Positions 1-8,914 of a stretch of 64,000 bases of DNA are shown piece after piece; within the stretch, counting starts at the first letter, position 1; each line of letters starts with the position of its first letter. The notes under the pieces were generated by a model. It did no database searches. It saw nothing but the letters and a program-made list of their open reading frames with translations, and was not told where the DNA came from. Source of the DNA: Euryarchaeota archaeon UBA439 (lineage in GTDB: Archaea > Thermoplasmatota > Poseidoniia > Poseidoniales > Thalassarchaeaceae); contig DANB01000011.1 in the NCBI GenBank assembly GCA_002497245.1, positions 60,612-124,611 of the forward strand, written 5' to 3'. The position numbers were made by a program, and so were the translations under genes.

Positions 1-822
1 ATTTAAGTGAGCAGTTGCATCTTCATCAGACTGACCTCCGGAAAGAAAAACAATACCTGGAAGGTTATGTGGGACATTTTTTGTCAAGCAATCAACTGTC
101 ATTTCAGCTACTTCTGAGCGAGTTATTTGTTCGGAACAAGAAGTACCTGCAATTATCATATTTGGCTTAAGTAAAGCGCCGGGAATATGAACTCCTTGAA
201 TCCGGCACTCTTCGAAAGTGGCAGACAAAATCGATGATGTTATATCGTAACAAGTCTGAGCATCATGATCTCCTGCCATAATTACTTCTGGCTCAATAAT
301 TGGGACCAATCCTTGCTCTTGACATATTGAAGCATACCTAGCTAATGCATGGGCATTTGTTGAAATACACGCTGTTGATGGTTTGCCATCTCCGATTTCG
401 ATTACTGCTCGCCATTTAGCAAACCTTGCACCCATTGAAAAATACTCTTCGCACCTATCTCTTAATCCGTCAAGCCCTTCAGTGATCTTTTCGCCTGCAT
501 GATTTGCTAAATCTTTAGCTCCTGTATCTACCTTAATACCCGGATATACGCCTAAAGAAGTCAAAGCATCAGGGATATTCCTACCATCTGGCATTTTCTG
601 TCTTATAGTTTCATCAAACAATATAACTCCACTGATGTATTTTTCGTAACCATTTGTTGAAAAAAGATTTGCTCTATAGGCATTTCTTGTATCTGGTGAA
701 GCAGAAACTCCTACTGCCTCAAGTCTATTTGACATAGTTCCATTACTTTCATCCGCAGCAAGAATTCCTTTACCTGCCGCAACTAGTTCACGTGCTGTTT
801 TTTCAAGTAGTTGAGTATCCAT
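1..822 (-). CDS. Fructose-bisphosphate aldolase, class I (truncated by window edge; N-terminal ~274 aa present)
   Basis: The reverse-strand ATG at 822-820 opens a frame running off the window. The N-terminus reads MDTQLLEKTARELVAAGKGILAADESNGTMSNRLE, which carries the class I FBA signature GILAADES. Confidence 0.75.
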   Translation of the reverse strand, partial: MDTQLLEKTARELVAAGKGILAADESNGTMSNRLEAVGVSASPDTRNAYRANLFSTNGYEKYISGVILFDETIRQKMPDGRNIPDALTSLGVYPGIKVDTGAKDLANHAGEKITEGLDGLRDRCEEYFSMGARFAKWRAVIEIGDGKPSTACISTNAHALARYASICQEQGLVPIIEPEVIMAGDHDAQTCYDITSSILSATFEECRIQGVHIPGALLKPNMIIAGTSCSEQITRSEVAEMTVDCLTKNVPHNLPGIVFLSGGQSDEDATAHLN

Positions 823-889
823 ATACTAACCTCAAGCCAACGTGAAGGCTATAGGAAATGAAGGCATCGCTTAAGCATTCCAGAAACAA

Positions 890-1840
890 TCAACTATCGT
901 GAGAACCTTGGACAAATTTATGAATTCCATTTGACACATCAATAACTTCCGATTCAACATAATATTTTCCATTTTCTAGAGTTACTCCTTTTGTACGTCC
1001 TGAACAAACTCCGGTTCCTATAAACAATGCATCATCAGATGAACATAAGTCATCTCTATCCCACAATCTTTCAATGTCTCCATCAATCATTTCCTCGGCC
1101 CTAGACCTATGTCCTTCATTTTTGAAAACCAAACGCCCCTGGAAAGGTGCATTCATACCTCTTAAAGCAGTGGCAGTAATTACTCCCTCGGGTGCAGCTC
1201 CAATACCCATCAACAAATCAATTTCTGATTTAGGGTCTGCAGCATTCAAAGCAGCAGCGATATCACCATCACCAATTAAAACAACATTGACAGATAAATC
1301 ATTCAATTCCTTAATTAATTTTTTATGACGTGGACGATCCATGACAACAACATTTAGAGAATTAATAGGTTTATCTAAAGCATTTGAAGTGGCCTCAATA
1401 TTATAAGAAGTTGAGGCATCTAGGGAAATCTCTCCCATTAACTCTGCAGAACCTGAGATTTTATTCATGTAGCAATCAGGTGCATGTAATAGAGCCCCTC
1501 TTGGTGCTGCTGCCAGTACTGCCATAGCATTAGGTAAATTGTAAGCCACATGATTAGTACATTCCAGCGGATCTACTGCAATATCAATTGCAGGTGAATT
1601 AGCATCTCCCTGTAATGAACCCAAGGGTTCACCAATCCACAACATTGGAGCATCGTCCCTCTCTCCTTCTCCAATTGCAACACGTCCATCAAATGGCACA
1701 GTATCAAATACTGCTCTCATAGCTTCTACCGCAGCACCATCGGCCGCTTTACCATCTCCCTTACCTATCCATTTTGATGCAGCAATTGCAGCCGATTCAG
1801 TGGCTTGAAGAAAGTATTTCTCTAATTCGGCTGTTGTCAT
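890..1840 (-). CDS. glpX: Fructose-1,6-bisphosphatase class II (GlpX-type)
   Basis: 316 aa with GlpX-like architecture and motifs (GEGERDDAPMLWIGE, VLIGDGD, GIGAAPEGV). It lies adjacent to the FBA gene. Confidence 0.7.
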   Translation of the reverse strand: MTTAELEKYFLQATESAAIAASKWIGKGDGKAADGAAVEAMRAVFDTVPFDGRVAIGEGERDDAPMLWIGEPLGSLQGDANSPAIDIAVDPLECTNHVAYNLPNAMAVLAAAPRGALLHAPDCYMNKISGSAELMGEISLDASTSYNIEATSNALDKPINSLNVVVMDRPRHKKLIKELNDLSVNVVLIGDGDIAAALNAADPKSEIDLLMGIGAAPEGVITATALRGMNAPFQGRLVFKNEGHRSRAEEMIDGDIERLWDRDDLCSSDDALFIGTGVCSGRTKGVTLENGKYYVESEVIDVSNGIHKFVQGSHDS

Positions 1841-1865
1841 ATCACTTCGGAGTAGTAATCAGCAT

Positions 1866-2360
1866 TCAATTATGTTGGTCTCCTTTGCTCTTTTTTATAA
1901 CTTGAACATTGGTGATTCTAGATTCTGGATATTGGCCATCTGAATCTTTCTCAATAGATTTCAACATATCCCATGCGCATAGTAATCCTGCATTAACTCC
2001 GCATAATGCTTCCATTTCAACTCCTGTCATCCAATGAGTTCGAACTGTAACCGTACATCTAAGATTAGAACCTTCAATATTCCATTCTACAGAGCAACCT
2101 TCAATTGGGATAATGTGACAGTGAGGTAAGATTCTTGGAGTTTCTTTTACCGCCTGAATTGATGCAATAGTTGAAATTTCTCTGACATCACCTTTTTTTG
2201 AACGTCCTTTAACTGCATTAATACCTGAAGATGACAATTCCAAAACTCCTGTAGCAATCGCCTCACGGAAAACTACATCTTTACTACCAACATCAACGAT
2301 AGCAGACCATGAATCTTTTAATTCATCGACGCTCATGTAATCTTCGGAGAGAGTACTCAT
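1866..2360 (-). CDS. moaC: Cyclic pyranopterin monophosphate synthase accessory protein MoaC
   Basis: 164 aa with the MoaC-like core GVEMEALCGVNAGLLCAWDMLK. Confidence 0.7.
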   Translation of the reverse strand: MSTLSEDYMSVDELKDSWSAIVDVGSKDVVFREAIATGVLELSSSGINAVKGRSKKGDVREISTIASIQAVKETPRILPHCHIIPIEGCSVEWNIEGSNLRCTVTVRTHWMTGVEMEALCGVNAGLLCAWDMLKSIEKDSDGQYPESRITNVQVIKKSKGDQHN

Positions 2361-2396
2361 TATTCAGATAAACGGAAGTTAAATCTGAGATAAAAA

Positions 2397-2825
2397 TCAT
2401 CCAAGACCTTGTTTCCAAATTTCACCATCAGATCTTACTTCTTTTTTCCACAATGGTGCTTCTAATTTAAGTTGATTAATTAACCAAGAACAAGCTTCGA
2501 AGCCGGCCTCCCTATGTTTCGAGCCGACATGAATACAGACTATAGGCTCGGATGGTTCAACTATGCCAATTCTATGTGCAACTAAAACTGATTTGACGCT
2601 AAATTTATCTATAGAAGTTTTGGCAATATCTGAGAGAATATGATTTAATTTATTTTCCCAAGCATCAAATTCAAGTCTCTTGACTTTGATTCCATTATCG
2701 TCACCTCTTGTTAATCCTACAAATGAAACTACACTTCCACATCCTTCAATATTCAATAAAGAACGAAGAAAGTTTGGATCGAGTTGATCCTCTTCTATTC
2801 TAATGATTACTTCCTCTTTTGACAT
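2397..2825 (-). CDS. moaE: Molybdopterin synthase catalytic subunit MoaE
   Basis: Carries MoaE-like motifs (VAHRIGIV..., HVGSKHREAGFEAC, APLWKKE). I chose the start at the internal Met (MSKEEV). The longer ORF extends to 2903 and would overlap the next gene. Confidence 0.6.
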   Translation of the reverse strand: MSKEEVIIRIEEDQLDPNFLRSLLNIEGCGSVVSFVGLTRGDDNGIKVKRLEFDAWENKLNHILSDIAKTSIDKFSVKSVLVAHRIGIVEPSEPIVCIHVGSKHREAGFEACSWLINQLKLEAPLWKKEVRSDGEIWKQGLG

Positions 2826-2867
2826 CTGAGTAACCCGCTTCTGAACGGTTCGAGTACAAATTATCGG

Positions 2868-4151
2868 ATGAACTCTTTGATTGTAAATGACCAAACCTTT
2901 CAAACAATATACCTCATACGCAAATGCGTGAAGGAGAGGATTGACATCTTGGGGGCGGGTCTATCAGGCCTTGCTGCAGCGACAATACTCGCCAAGGCAG
3001 GTAAAGAAGTTCATGTTCACGAGATACGTAAAAATAGCGGTGCAAGATTTGATGGTGATTTTCAAGGAATTGAGAATTGGACAAGTGAAATTGACTTTTT
3101 TGATGAAATGAGAGACTGGGGGCTGGAACCAGAAGAATTCAAATCAAATGCATTTGATATAATTGATTTGATTCATCCCGATGATGTCATTACAAATCCA
3201 ATAACTAATGGTACAGCTTTTAGAGTTGTGGAGAGAGGAACAGACGAACATTGCATAGATCAAGGGTTCAAACGGATGGCAATTTCAGCCGGTGCAAAAA
3301 TTCACTATGGAGTTAAAGTTAGTCCTGATGACTGCGATATCGTAGCAGCAGGCCCAAAAGACTCTAGTGCACTTGCTTTCGGAGAAATCTTCCATACGGA
3401 TCATCCAAACCATGTAGCCTTCCAATTGAATGATAAATTGGCACCGGGCGCCTATTCATACCTGATAATAATTGATGGAGTAGGGCTGATTTGTACATGT
3501 TTATGGAGAAAACAAAAGAAATCAGGAAGATATCTTAATGAAACCATAGCTTGGTATGAGTCAAACTACGAATTGAATAGGATACCTATCAAAAGAGTTG
3601 GTGGGAAGGGGGATTTCAGTTTACCAAAAAAATATATTCATGAAGATAAGATATATGTTGGAGAAGCAGGAGGCTTGCAAGATTTCATGTGGGGTTTTGG
3701 TATGAGGTATGCAATTACTAGCGGAGTTCTAGCAGCACAATCGATTCTCAATCAATGTGACTATGAGGTTGAAGTAAGGAAGAGACTTGTTCCTTTGATC
3801 AAAATAAGTGCAATAAATAGATTCTTAATGAACAGAGTTGGAGATAGAGGATTTAAATTTATAGCAAAATATTGGATGAGAGATCAAGAAAAGAAGGGAG
3901 ATGGGTTGAGTTTTATGAAGTGGGTATATCAACCCGGCATTTTCAGAAAATCACTTTGGCCTCTTGTTAAATTGTCTATGTTGAGGAAAAAGAAATTGAA
4001 AGATGGGCGGATAGTTCATAGGATGCCATTTAGAGAATCTTTGAAGAGAGATTTATGGGAACCCAGCGATAAAGCTAACCATATAGCTGAACAATGGAAT
4101 GAAGTTAGAAAAGGCGGTGCAAACCTCTCATTCAGTGAATCTGATGCTTAA
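2868..4151 (+). CDS. FAD/NAD(P)-binding oxidoreductase (geranylgeranyl-reductase-like Rossmann protein)
   Basis: N-terminal dinucleotide-binding motif DILGAGLSGLAAATILAKAGKEVHVHE. An in-frame GTG at 2928 is a possible alternative start. Specific function is unclear. Confidence 0.5.
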   Translation: MNSLIVNDQTFQTIYLIRKCVKERIDILGAGLSGLAAATILAKAGKEVHVHEIRKNSGARFDGDFQGIENWTSEIDFFDEMRDWGLEPEEFKSNAFDIIDLIHPDDVITNPITNGTAFRVVERGTDEHCIDQGFKRMAISAGAKIHYGVKVSPDDCDIVAAGPKDSSALAFGEIFHTDHPNHVAFQLNDKLAPGAYSYLIIIDGVGLICTCLWRKQKKSGRYLNETIAWYESNYELNRIPIKRVGGKGDFSLPKKYIHEDKIYVGEAGGLQDFMWGFGMRYAITSGVLAAQSILNQCDYEVEVRKRLVPLIKISAINRFLMNRVGDRGFKFIAKYWMRDQEKKGDGLSFMKWVYQPGIFRKSLWPLVKLSMLRKKKLKDGRIVHRMPFRESLKRDLWEPSDKANHIAEQWNEVRKGGANLSFSESDA

Positions 4152-4207
4152 AATTAGCATTACTCTGATTCCGTTTCTTTCATTAACGAATTGTCTGTGC
4201 GACATAC

Positions 4208-5068
4208 ATGACTTCATGGCCAGACCTTGAGCCTATGCCCAACAAACTAGTGAATTATGGCGTTACTGAAAACGGCATAGCCATTATTGAACTGATATCA
4301 GACACTGATGGAAAACCTCTTGAAGAAGGTAGAACATCTGTTAATACTTATACTCGAGAAATGTGGGAAGACATAGATCAGGCAATTCTTAATGCAAGAT
4401 TTGACGGAGATGTCTCTGTAATATTATTAACAGGGCATGGCGAGAAATTTTTCTCAGCAGGAGCAAGTATAAACTATCTCAATACATTATCTCCGAGATA
4501 CAAATATTTCTTTTGCCTACATGCTAATGAAACACTATCTCGCCTTGAGCAAACTCCAAAATTAGTTATTGCTGCACTCAATGGACATACAGTTGGAGGC
4601 GGCCTAGAGATTGCTATGGCAGCAGATATTAGAATTGCTCACAAAGGTAATTTCCAAATTGGTCTACCAGAAGTTTCGCTGGGAGTCCTAGCTGGAACTG
4701 GAGGTACTGCAAGATTATCACGACTAGTTGGTAAAGCAAAAGCAATGGAAATAATGGTCACAGGAAGAAAATTCTCATTCGAAGAAGCTAGAGATATGAG
4801 TTTAGTTCATGACATATATGATAGTATCAGTTTAGATGAGTTTAGAATGGATGTATTGGATTATGCCGGACAATTTACTTTGCCTCTAGCAGCTGCTAAA
4901 GCTATTGGAAATATCAAACGTAGTGTACAAAGTGGTATTGAAATACCTCTTGAATACCATTTGGCATTAGAAAGAGAATTACAGTCAGATCTATTCCAAT
5001 CGGAAGATGCGAAAGAAGGAATAGCATCCTATGTTGAGCGTAGAACACCTAGGTTCAAAGGGAAATAA
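4208..5068 (+). CDS. Enoyl-CoA hydratase/isomerase (crotonase family)
   Basis: Crotonase motifs ALNGHTVGGGLEIAMAADIRIA and GLPEVSLGV. Confidence 0.8.
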   Translation: MTSWPDLEPMPNKLVNYGVTENGIAIIELISDTDGKPLEEGRTSVNTYTREMWEDIDQAILNARFDGDVSVILLTGHGEKFFSAGASINYLNTLSPRYKYFFCLHANETLSRLEQTPKLVIAALNGHTVGGGLEIAMAADIRIAHKGNFQIGLPEVSLGVLAGTGGTARLSRLVGKAKAMEIMVTGRKFSFEEARDMSLVHDIYDSISLDEFRMDVLDYAGQFTLPLAAAKAIGNIKRSVQSGIEIPLEYHLALERELQSDLFQSEDAKEGIASYVERRTPRFKGK

Positions 5069-5122
5069 TATTCTGTGCCAAATGTACATTTATTCATATA
5101 CTAACATCGCTCCGGCAAATAT

Positions 5123-6265
5123 ATGTCAGGTAGCGAAATAGTAGAAGGATATACCCCGAACTTTGAGGCATGGATTAGAGACTTCAATGAATGGCAAACA
5201 AGAATTGGTTTTGACCCATCTTGGTTAGGAGATTACAGATTCGATATAAAATTTGACTGGGATACTGCCGGAGATTCTATTGAGTTTGGAGATTTCAAGG
5301 GTATGCCAAAGTGGGAAAGAAGGATGCAGATACCACAACAGAATATTAGAGATGCAATAATTAGCATGGTTAGTGTACAAGGAGATACAGAATTTGCGAG
5401 TGTAGAACAACAAAATCATCTTTTAGCTACTGCACCAACGGAATATGATAAAAAATCTGCATTAAGAATTATGTGTGAAGAACAGAGACATGGTTGGCAA
5501 ATGGCCTACCTATTATGCACTTATTTTGGTGAACAAGGAGTTAGAGAAGCAGCAAAACTACTGGAGAGAAATGCTCAAGATGGAACAAGAATTCTAGGTT
5601 CATTCAATGCCCCAATAGATCACTGGCTTGATTTCTTCTGTTTTACGCATTTTATAGATAGAGATGGGAAATATCAACTTAAGATGCTCAGCACATCTTC
5701 ATTCAAACCACTTGCAGCATCAATGGGGCCCATGCTTAAAGAAGAGTCATTCCATCTTGGAACTGGAGCAAATGGACTAAGAAGGATTGTTAAACAAGGA
5801 GTAATACCTTGTGAATTATTACAAAAATATTTGAATAAGTGGATTAGTACTGGTCTAGATTTGTTTGGTACTGACGATTCTACTAGTGCACAATGGGCTT
5901 ATGTTTATGGCGTTAAAGGAAGATATGATGAAAGAGAAAGTGATATTGAAGCAGATAGAGAGCACTTAAATGAAGCCAGTCGAGATTTATATTTCCAAGA
6001 ACTTCGTGAAGAGATGCGAAGGATTAGTGCTGCTAGGAAAGAAGGTGAGCCTGAACTTTTCATACCATCAGACAAATTTAATAGAGGAATAGGCAACTAT
6101 GCTGGAAAGAATTATACAATTAAGGGTGAAAAGTTCGAAGGTTCTGATGAAGAATATAAAGAATATCTAGTCAGCGTATTACCAACAGAAGAAGATGAAC
6201 ATAAACTGATGAATGATTACATGAAACAAGAATGGATCCAATATCGCGAATGGAAAGGTAAATGA
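5123..6265 (+). CDS. Ferritin-like di-iron oxygenase, PaaA family (1,2-phenylacetyl-CoA epoxidase subunit A-like)
   Basis: Motifs MLKEESFHLGTG (cf. PaaA KEESFHQRQG), EEQRHGW (cf. QDEAGHG) and FNAPIDHWLD resemble PaaA. At 380 aa it is longer than canonical PaaA. Confidence 0.5.
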   Translation: MSGSEIVEGYTPNFEAWIRDFNEWQTRIGFDPSWLGDYRFDIKFDWDTAGDSIEFGDFKGMPKWERRMQIPQQNIRDAIISMVSVQGDTEFASVEQQNHLLATAPTEYDKKSALRIMCEEQRHGWQMAYLLCTYFGEQGVREAAKLLERNAQDGTRILGSFNAPIDHWLDFFCFTHFIDRDGKYQLKMLSTSSFKPLAASMGPMLKEESFHLGTGANGLRRIVKQGVIPCELLQKYLNKWISTGLDLFGTDDSTSAQWAYVYGVKGRYDERESDIEADREHLNEASRDLYFQELREEMRRISAARKEGEPELFIPSDKFNRGIGNYAGKNYTIKGEKFEGSDEEYKEYLVSVLPTEEDEHKLMNDYMKQEWIQYREWKGK

Positions 6266-6283
6266 TTGTTGGTTGGTGATTAT

Positions 6284-6844
6284 ATGCAACATGTAGCCTT
6301 ATTAGCCTTTGATAAACAAAAGTGTAAACCATTCTTTGATAGATTGACCGAATTATTCTATGAACATCATCATTCTGCAAAAGAAAATGCCGAAGAATAT
6401 GAGAAATTATTGTATATGGTGAAAAAACCATATGATAATAACATGTTAGATATGATTGATGAATGGATGGGGCTAGAAAAAAGGGAATGGCGAGAAGAAA
6501 CAACTAGGGAAGTAAAATTAGCACTATATGCAATTAGATATCCGGACACCCTTCTACTAGATAGCTTTACAGAAAACCCCAGATCTGATCTTAAAAGACT
6601 CTCAGCATACTTACATTTTACCCATCATACATATGCAATATGGGATGAAGATACTAGAAAAGGGCTAGAAAAAATTGGAATTAATATTCCTGAAACAGAA
6701 GTAGCTGACCCGTTCATCTATGGAGCATATGTAAGTGCGATAGAGTTATTGAAAGATGTTGCACCATTTACATGTTTCCTAGAACATGATGTACCAAGAC
6801 AAAGGCTATTTCAGTCGGCTCTAGCAGCATATGGAAGAGAATAG
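6284..6844 (+). CDS. Hypothetical protein, possibly co-operonic partner of the PaaA-like oxygenase
   Basis: ORF begins immediately after the PaaA-like stop. The ORF track starts at TTG 6266, and the first ATG is at 6284. No recognisable motifs. Confidence 0.35.
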   Translation: MQHVALLAFDKQKCKPFFDRLTELFYEHHHSAKENAEEYEKLLYMVKKPYDNNMLDMIDEWMGLEKREWREETTREVKLALYAIRYPDTLLLDSFTENPRSDLKRLSAYLHFTHHTYAIWDEDTRKGLEKIGINIPETEVADPFIYGAYVSAIELLKDVAPFTCFLEHDVPRQRLFQSALAAYGRE

Positions 6845-6876
6845 TGAGCAATACCTATTGACTATGCCCATTACGT

Positions 6877-7773
6877 ATGTGTATGCAAGTGCGCACTGTG
6901 GCAGTCATAGGGGCTGGGACAATGGGTTCTGGCATAGCTCAAGTTTGTGCACAAAGTGGGTTGCAAACCAAGATTTTTGATGCTTTTCCTGAAAGTTTGG
7001 ATAAAGGGATGGAAAGAATTTTTGCATTTTGGGATAAAGGCATAGAAAAAGGTAAAACAAGGAAAAATGAGAAAGAAGAGTGGAGTCTGAATTTAAAATC
7101 TTGTTATGAGATATCGGAGGCGCTAGAAAATGTTGACTTGGTTATAGAGGCAGTTCCAGAAATTATGGAATTGAAAAAGGAGATTTTTTTGAAAATTGAT
7201 AAATTAGCACCAAAGCATGCAATACTTGCCACCAATACTTCCAGTTTACCAATTTCAGAGATTGCAAATGTTACTAACTGTCCTGAAAGAGTAATTGGTA
7301 TGCATTTTTTTAATCCAGTACCTATAATGAAACTTCTCGAGTTAGTGAAACATGAGAAATGCTCTGAAGAAACTATCAAATTGGCTCAGTCAATAGGCCT
7401 AAAAATAGGTAAAGAAACAATCCTAGTCAACGATGTTCCAGGATTCGCGACTAGTCGATTAGGAGTAATTATCGGAAACGAAGCAATCAAGATGTTGTCT
7501 CAAGGAGTAGCATCTGCCAGCGATATCGATACTGCAATGAAGCTTGGATATAAGCATCCTATGGGGCCTTTGGAACTTTCAGACTTAGTAGGACTGGATG
7601 TAAGAAGAGATATCTTGAATAGTTTGGCAGAATCTTTCAATGATGAATCATATAGACCTCATCCATTGTTAAATAACTTGGTTTTAGAAGGCAGTTTAGG
7701 TAAAAAAACGAATAAAGGAATTTATATCTGGGATGAAAATGGCAAGAAAGAAAGGGATGACTTGCCAAGATAG
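6877..7773 (+). CDS. 3-hydroxyacyl-CoA dehydrogenase (HBD/PaaH-like)
   Basis: N-terminal Rossmann motif VAVIGAGTMGSGIAQV and typical 3HCDH core and C-terminal domain. Confidence 0.8.
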   Translation: MCMQVRTVAVIGAGTMGSGIAQVCAQSGLQTKIFDAFPESLDKGMERIFAFWDKGIEKGKTRKNEKEEWSLNLKSCYEISEALENVDLVIEAVPEIMELKKEIFLKIDKLAPKHAILATNTSSLPISEIANVTNCPERVIGMHFFNPVPIMKLLELVKHEKCSEETIKLAQSIGLKIGKETILVNDVPGFATSRLGVIIGNEAIKMLSQGVASASDIDTAMKLGYKHPMGPLELSDLVGLDVRRDILNSLAESFNDESYRPHPLLNNLVLEGSLGKKTNKGIYIWDENGKKERDDLPR

Positions 7774-7781
7774 GTGTTCAA

Positions 7782-8051
7782 ATGGCTAGTCTTATTGTTG
7801 AATCGATAGGCATTATTGCTGGTACACTTGGAGTTGTTGCTTGGATACCTCAATTAGAGAAAGTTTGGAAGCAGAAAAAACATGAAGGAATCTCATTACC
7901 GACACTATACTTAATTTGTACTGCATTATTGTTATGGCTAATTTATGGTTTGATTATTGGCTCGATTTCTATAATTATCTCAAATCTTGCAGCTTTAGCA
8001 TGTATCTTGAGTTTGATGTACGGAGTTATTAACTTAAGAAGGATTGAGTAA
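7782..8051 (+). CDS. SemiSWEET / PQ-loop family sugar transporter (MtN3-like, 3-TM)
   Basis: 89 aa with three predicted TM helices and a PQ motif (WIPQLEKVWKQKK). Confidence 0.6.
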   Translation: MASLIVESIGIIAGTLGVVAWIPQLEKVWKQKKHEGISLPTLYLICTALLLWLIYGLIIGSISIIISNLAALACILSLMYGVINLRRIE

Positions 8052-8057
8052 TAGAAT

Positions 8058-8846
8058 TCATTCTTCACCAAAAATCGGATTTCTCTTCTCTAAAAATGCA
8101 GAAACTCCTTCTGCAAAATCAGGAGTTAAAGATGAATTAGTGATTAGTAGTTTTTCGAACTCAAGTTGAGTTTCCATGAAAGTAGATGTTGAAGCATCGA
8201 TTAATTGTTTAGTAGATCTACGACTTGCTTCTGCCCAATTCCCCCATTTTTCTGCTACTTTAATTGCGCATTCTAGAAGTTGTTCAGATTCGACTAATTC
8301 GTCAACGGCACCATATTCTAATGCCTTTTCTCCACTCCATACTTCATTTTCAAAAAAGAATTTTTTTGTTCGTTGTGTTCCAACAAGTCTAGGGAGTAAC
8401 CACGTAGTGCCGCCATCAGGAGACAATCCTAGAGAGAAGAATGCTGCGGCTAATTTTGCTTCAGGGACACATATCCTATAATCAGCACACAAAGCTAAAC
8501 CCAAACCACCGCCTGCTGCGGAACCATTTATTGCTGCAACAAAGATTTTTTCAGAGGCACGAATTTTCAATTCCATAGGATGAAGGATTGACGTCAGACC
8601 ACCCACTAAATCAGAAATACTGCCGTCATCTATTGCGGAAGCAAATGAGTCTATGTCAGCTCCAGAACAGAAGAATTTCCCAGTTCCGGTCATTACTATT
8701 GATTTTATTGATGAGTCTTCAAGTAAGTTGTCTATAACATCTGACATTGATTTTATAGATTCCATATTTAATCCATTTCTTGATGTTTCTGCAGATAAAG
8801 TGACCAAAGCCACACTGTTAGGTAGATGTTCGACTGTAATAGTCAT
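8058..8846 (-). CDS. Enoyl-CoA hydratase/isomerase (crotonase family)
   Basis: Crotonase motifs FFCSGADID and AINGSAAGGGLGLALCADYRI. Confidence 0.75.
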   Translation of the reverse strand: MTITVEHLPNSVALVTLSAETSRNGLNMESIKSMSDVIDNLLEDSSIKSIVMTGTGKFFCSGADIDSFASAIDDGSISDLVGGLTSILHPMELKIRASEKIFVAAINGSAAGGGLGLALCADYRICVPEAKLAAAFFSLGLSPDGGTTWLLPRLVGTQRTKKFFFENEVWSGEKALEYGAVDELVESEQLLECAIKVAEKWGNWAEASRRSTKQLIDASTSTFMETQLEFEKLLITNSSLTPDFAEGVSAFLEKRNPIFGEE

Positions 8847-8861
8847 GATTATCCGAGTAGG

Positions 8862-8886
8862 TATTCACTATTAGAATGCGTGAATA
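8862..8886. promoter_or_regulatory. Perfect 7-bp inverted repeat TATTCAC-N11-GTGAATA in a divergent promoter region
   Basis: Seen directly in the 68-bp gap between the divergently transcribed crotonase (8058-8846, -) and ALDH (8915-10333, +) genes. Candidate operator for a dimeric regulator. Confidence 0.35.
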
Positions 8887-8914
8887 TCTAAAGTAAGTAC
8901 TCCTCGCACTGTCC

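Noticed and set aside
1074-1328. Several 60-140-aa ORFs embedded antisense or out of frame within strong genes (1074-1328, 5225-5419, 7104-7379, 8176-8481, 10694-11062, 19043-19459, 25426-25854, 49423-49737, 59166-59423)
   Set aside because: Each is contained inside a longer, motif-supported CDS on the other strand or frame, and shows low-complexity or skewed composition. Treated as spurious.
2868-2927. Upstream 20 codons of the FAD-oxidoreductase ORF
   Set aside because: Rossmann motif begins right after an in-frame GTG at 2928. Upstream part may be untranslated. Kept the long coordinates because start choice cannot be resolved without data.
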